64,000 nt of DNA. Origin: Malacoraja senta. Its lineage: Eukaryota. The stretch covers positions 8,558,001-8,622,000 of the forward strand of contig CM075995.1 of assembly GCA_038087875.1 (NCBI GenBank). Reading direction: 5' to 3'. Within the stretch, counting starts at the first letter, position 1; each line of letters begins with the position of its first letter. Shown here in pieces: positions 62,242 to 64,000 of this stretch. A program made the translations under genes and the position numbers. The notes below the pieces were generated by a model that did no database searches, was not told the origin of the DNA, and was given only the letters and a program-made list of their open reading frames with translations.

Positions 62242-64000
62242 TATCAGAAATATGTCATAGTATTAGACCTGTTACCTTGACTGACCATTGCATCCTGAAG
62301 TAAGTATTAAGATAAGAACTATGATTGAGTATTAAGATCATAACTATTAAGTATGCTATAAACATTACGTTAATAACTACTAATAACCATTATCTAATAA
62401 TAGTTACTTTTGCCCCGGTACAATAACTATTATTAATAACTATACCTATGGGCAGCACGATGGCGCAGCGGTAGAGTTACTGCCCTACAGCGCCAGAGAC
62501 CTGGGTTCGATCTTGACTATGGGTGCTTGTCTGTACTGAGTTTGTACGTTCTCCTTGTGACCTGCGTGCTATTTCTCCGGGAGCTCCGGTTTCCTCCCAC
62601 ATTCCAAAGACGTGCAGGCTTATAGCTTAATTGGCTTGGTGTACATGCAAATTGTCCCTAGTGTGTGTAGGATAGTGCTGGCATACGAGGATAGCTAGTT
62701 GGTGGAGTCCCGGTGGGCCGAAGGGCCGGTTTCCGCGCTGTATCTCTAAACCAAACCAAACCATTATTAATAACTGATAACTATTATCGTAATAATAACT
62801 AGCTTACTACTAAACAAATAAGATAATAGACAATAGACAATAGGTGCAGGAGTAGGCCATTCAGCCCTTCGAGCCAGCACCGCCATTCAATGTGATCATG
62901 GCTGATCATCCCCAATCAGTACCCCGTTCCTGCCTTCTCCCCATATCCCCTGACTCCGCTATTTTTAAGAGCCCTATCTGGCTCTCTCTTGAAAGCATCC
63001 AGAGAACCTGCCTCCACCGCCCTCTGAGGCAGAGAATTCCACAGACTCACCACTCTCTGTGTGAAAAAAGTGTTTCCTCATCACCGTTCTAAATGGCTTA
63101 CTCCTTATTCTTAAACTGTGGCCCCTGGTTGTGGAATAATAACTATTATCTGCTGGAATGTAGACTCTTGACTTATCATGAATGAAAGAAGTTACATCTG
63201 GCTGTATTACCTGTTGTTTCAGAAGTGATTGGAGCAGAATTAGACCATTCGGCCCATCAGGTCTACTCCGCCATTCAATCATGGCTGATCTATCTCTCCC
63301 TCCTAACCCCATTCTCCTGCCTTCTCCCCATTATCCCTGACACCCACAATAATCAAGAATCTATACTAAACTACATTTGTTATATTTAATGTTTTATTCT
63401 TAATGGTTTACTGTATGTCGTGTTGTTACTGCGAGCGGAGCACCAAGGCAATTCCTTGTATGTGTACATACTTGGCCAATAAACTCATTCATTCATTCAT
63501 TCTTATTCATTCATTCAAATCTATCTATCCCTGACTTAAAAATGTCCATTGACTTAGCCTCAACAGCCTGCTGTGGCAATGAATTCCACAGATTCACCAC
63601 CCTCTATCGCCGACCAACATGCCCCATCCATACTAGTCCCACCTGCCTGTGTTAGGCCGATATCACTCTAAACCTATCCTGTCCATGTACCTGTCCAAAT
63701 GTTTCTTAAACATTGCAATGGTACCTAGTTTGGGTGCCTCCTGTAAATTGTGGACCTTTTTATTCACTTAGCTGCAAACATAAGGAGGAGACCGTTGTTG
63801 AAATAAGGATTTCACATAAGACATAAAGTGCTGGAGTAACTCAGCAGGTCAGGCAGCATTTCTGGAGGACATCAATAGGTGGCGGTACGTGTCTGGGTCC
63901 TTCTTCACACTGAATGTAGCTATCACTCATTATGCGGCTTGAATGGAAAGGAGTAACTAGTCCCCACCTATCACTTGACAGACTTTTTCCTGCCCCTTCT

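Noticed and set aside
62300..62830. AT-rich TAATAACTAT-like stretch as a regulatory element or origin
   Set aside because: Degenerate low-complexity repeat split by a SINE; no further support.

Overview
Repeat-saturated vertebrate genomic DNA, most likely from a cartilaginous fish (skate/ray-like), judged from the V-SINE, CR1, Rex1 and Penelope content. It is not prokaryotic. Three host genes can be read. (1) The last seven coding exons (MyTH4-FERM tail) of a myosin-X (MYO10-like) gene on + (1815-20078). (2) An uninterrupted 371-codon CC-chemokine receptor ORF on - (36817-37932), best matching CCR9. (3) Five internal coding exons of LZTFL1 on + (48765-61563); its first exons are not visible and may lie in the 200-N gap. 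CCR9 and LZTFL1 are head-to-head as in human, but the gene facing the CCR9 tail is a MYO10-like gene. Most other sequence is nested mobile elements: CR1, Rex1, RTE- and L2-related LINE pieces, V-SINEs, Penelope-like GIY-YIG elements, hAT elements, Harbinger MITEs, a Helitron, a Gypsy remnant and a solo LTR. The most unusual signal is a Penelope-derived family. Its terminal repeats carry a hammerhead-ribozyme-like core and form short fold-back insertions with target-site duplications. They also gave rise to a dispersed 66-bp tandem array with a shared palindromic cassette. No clearly novel protein-coding system is supported. All homology calls come from recalled sequence motifs, not database searches.
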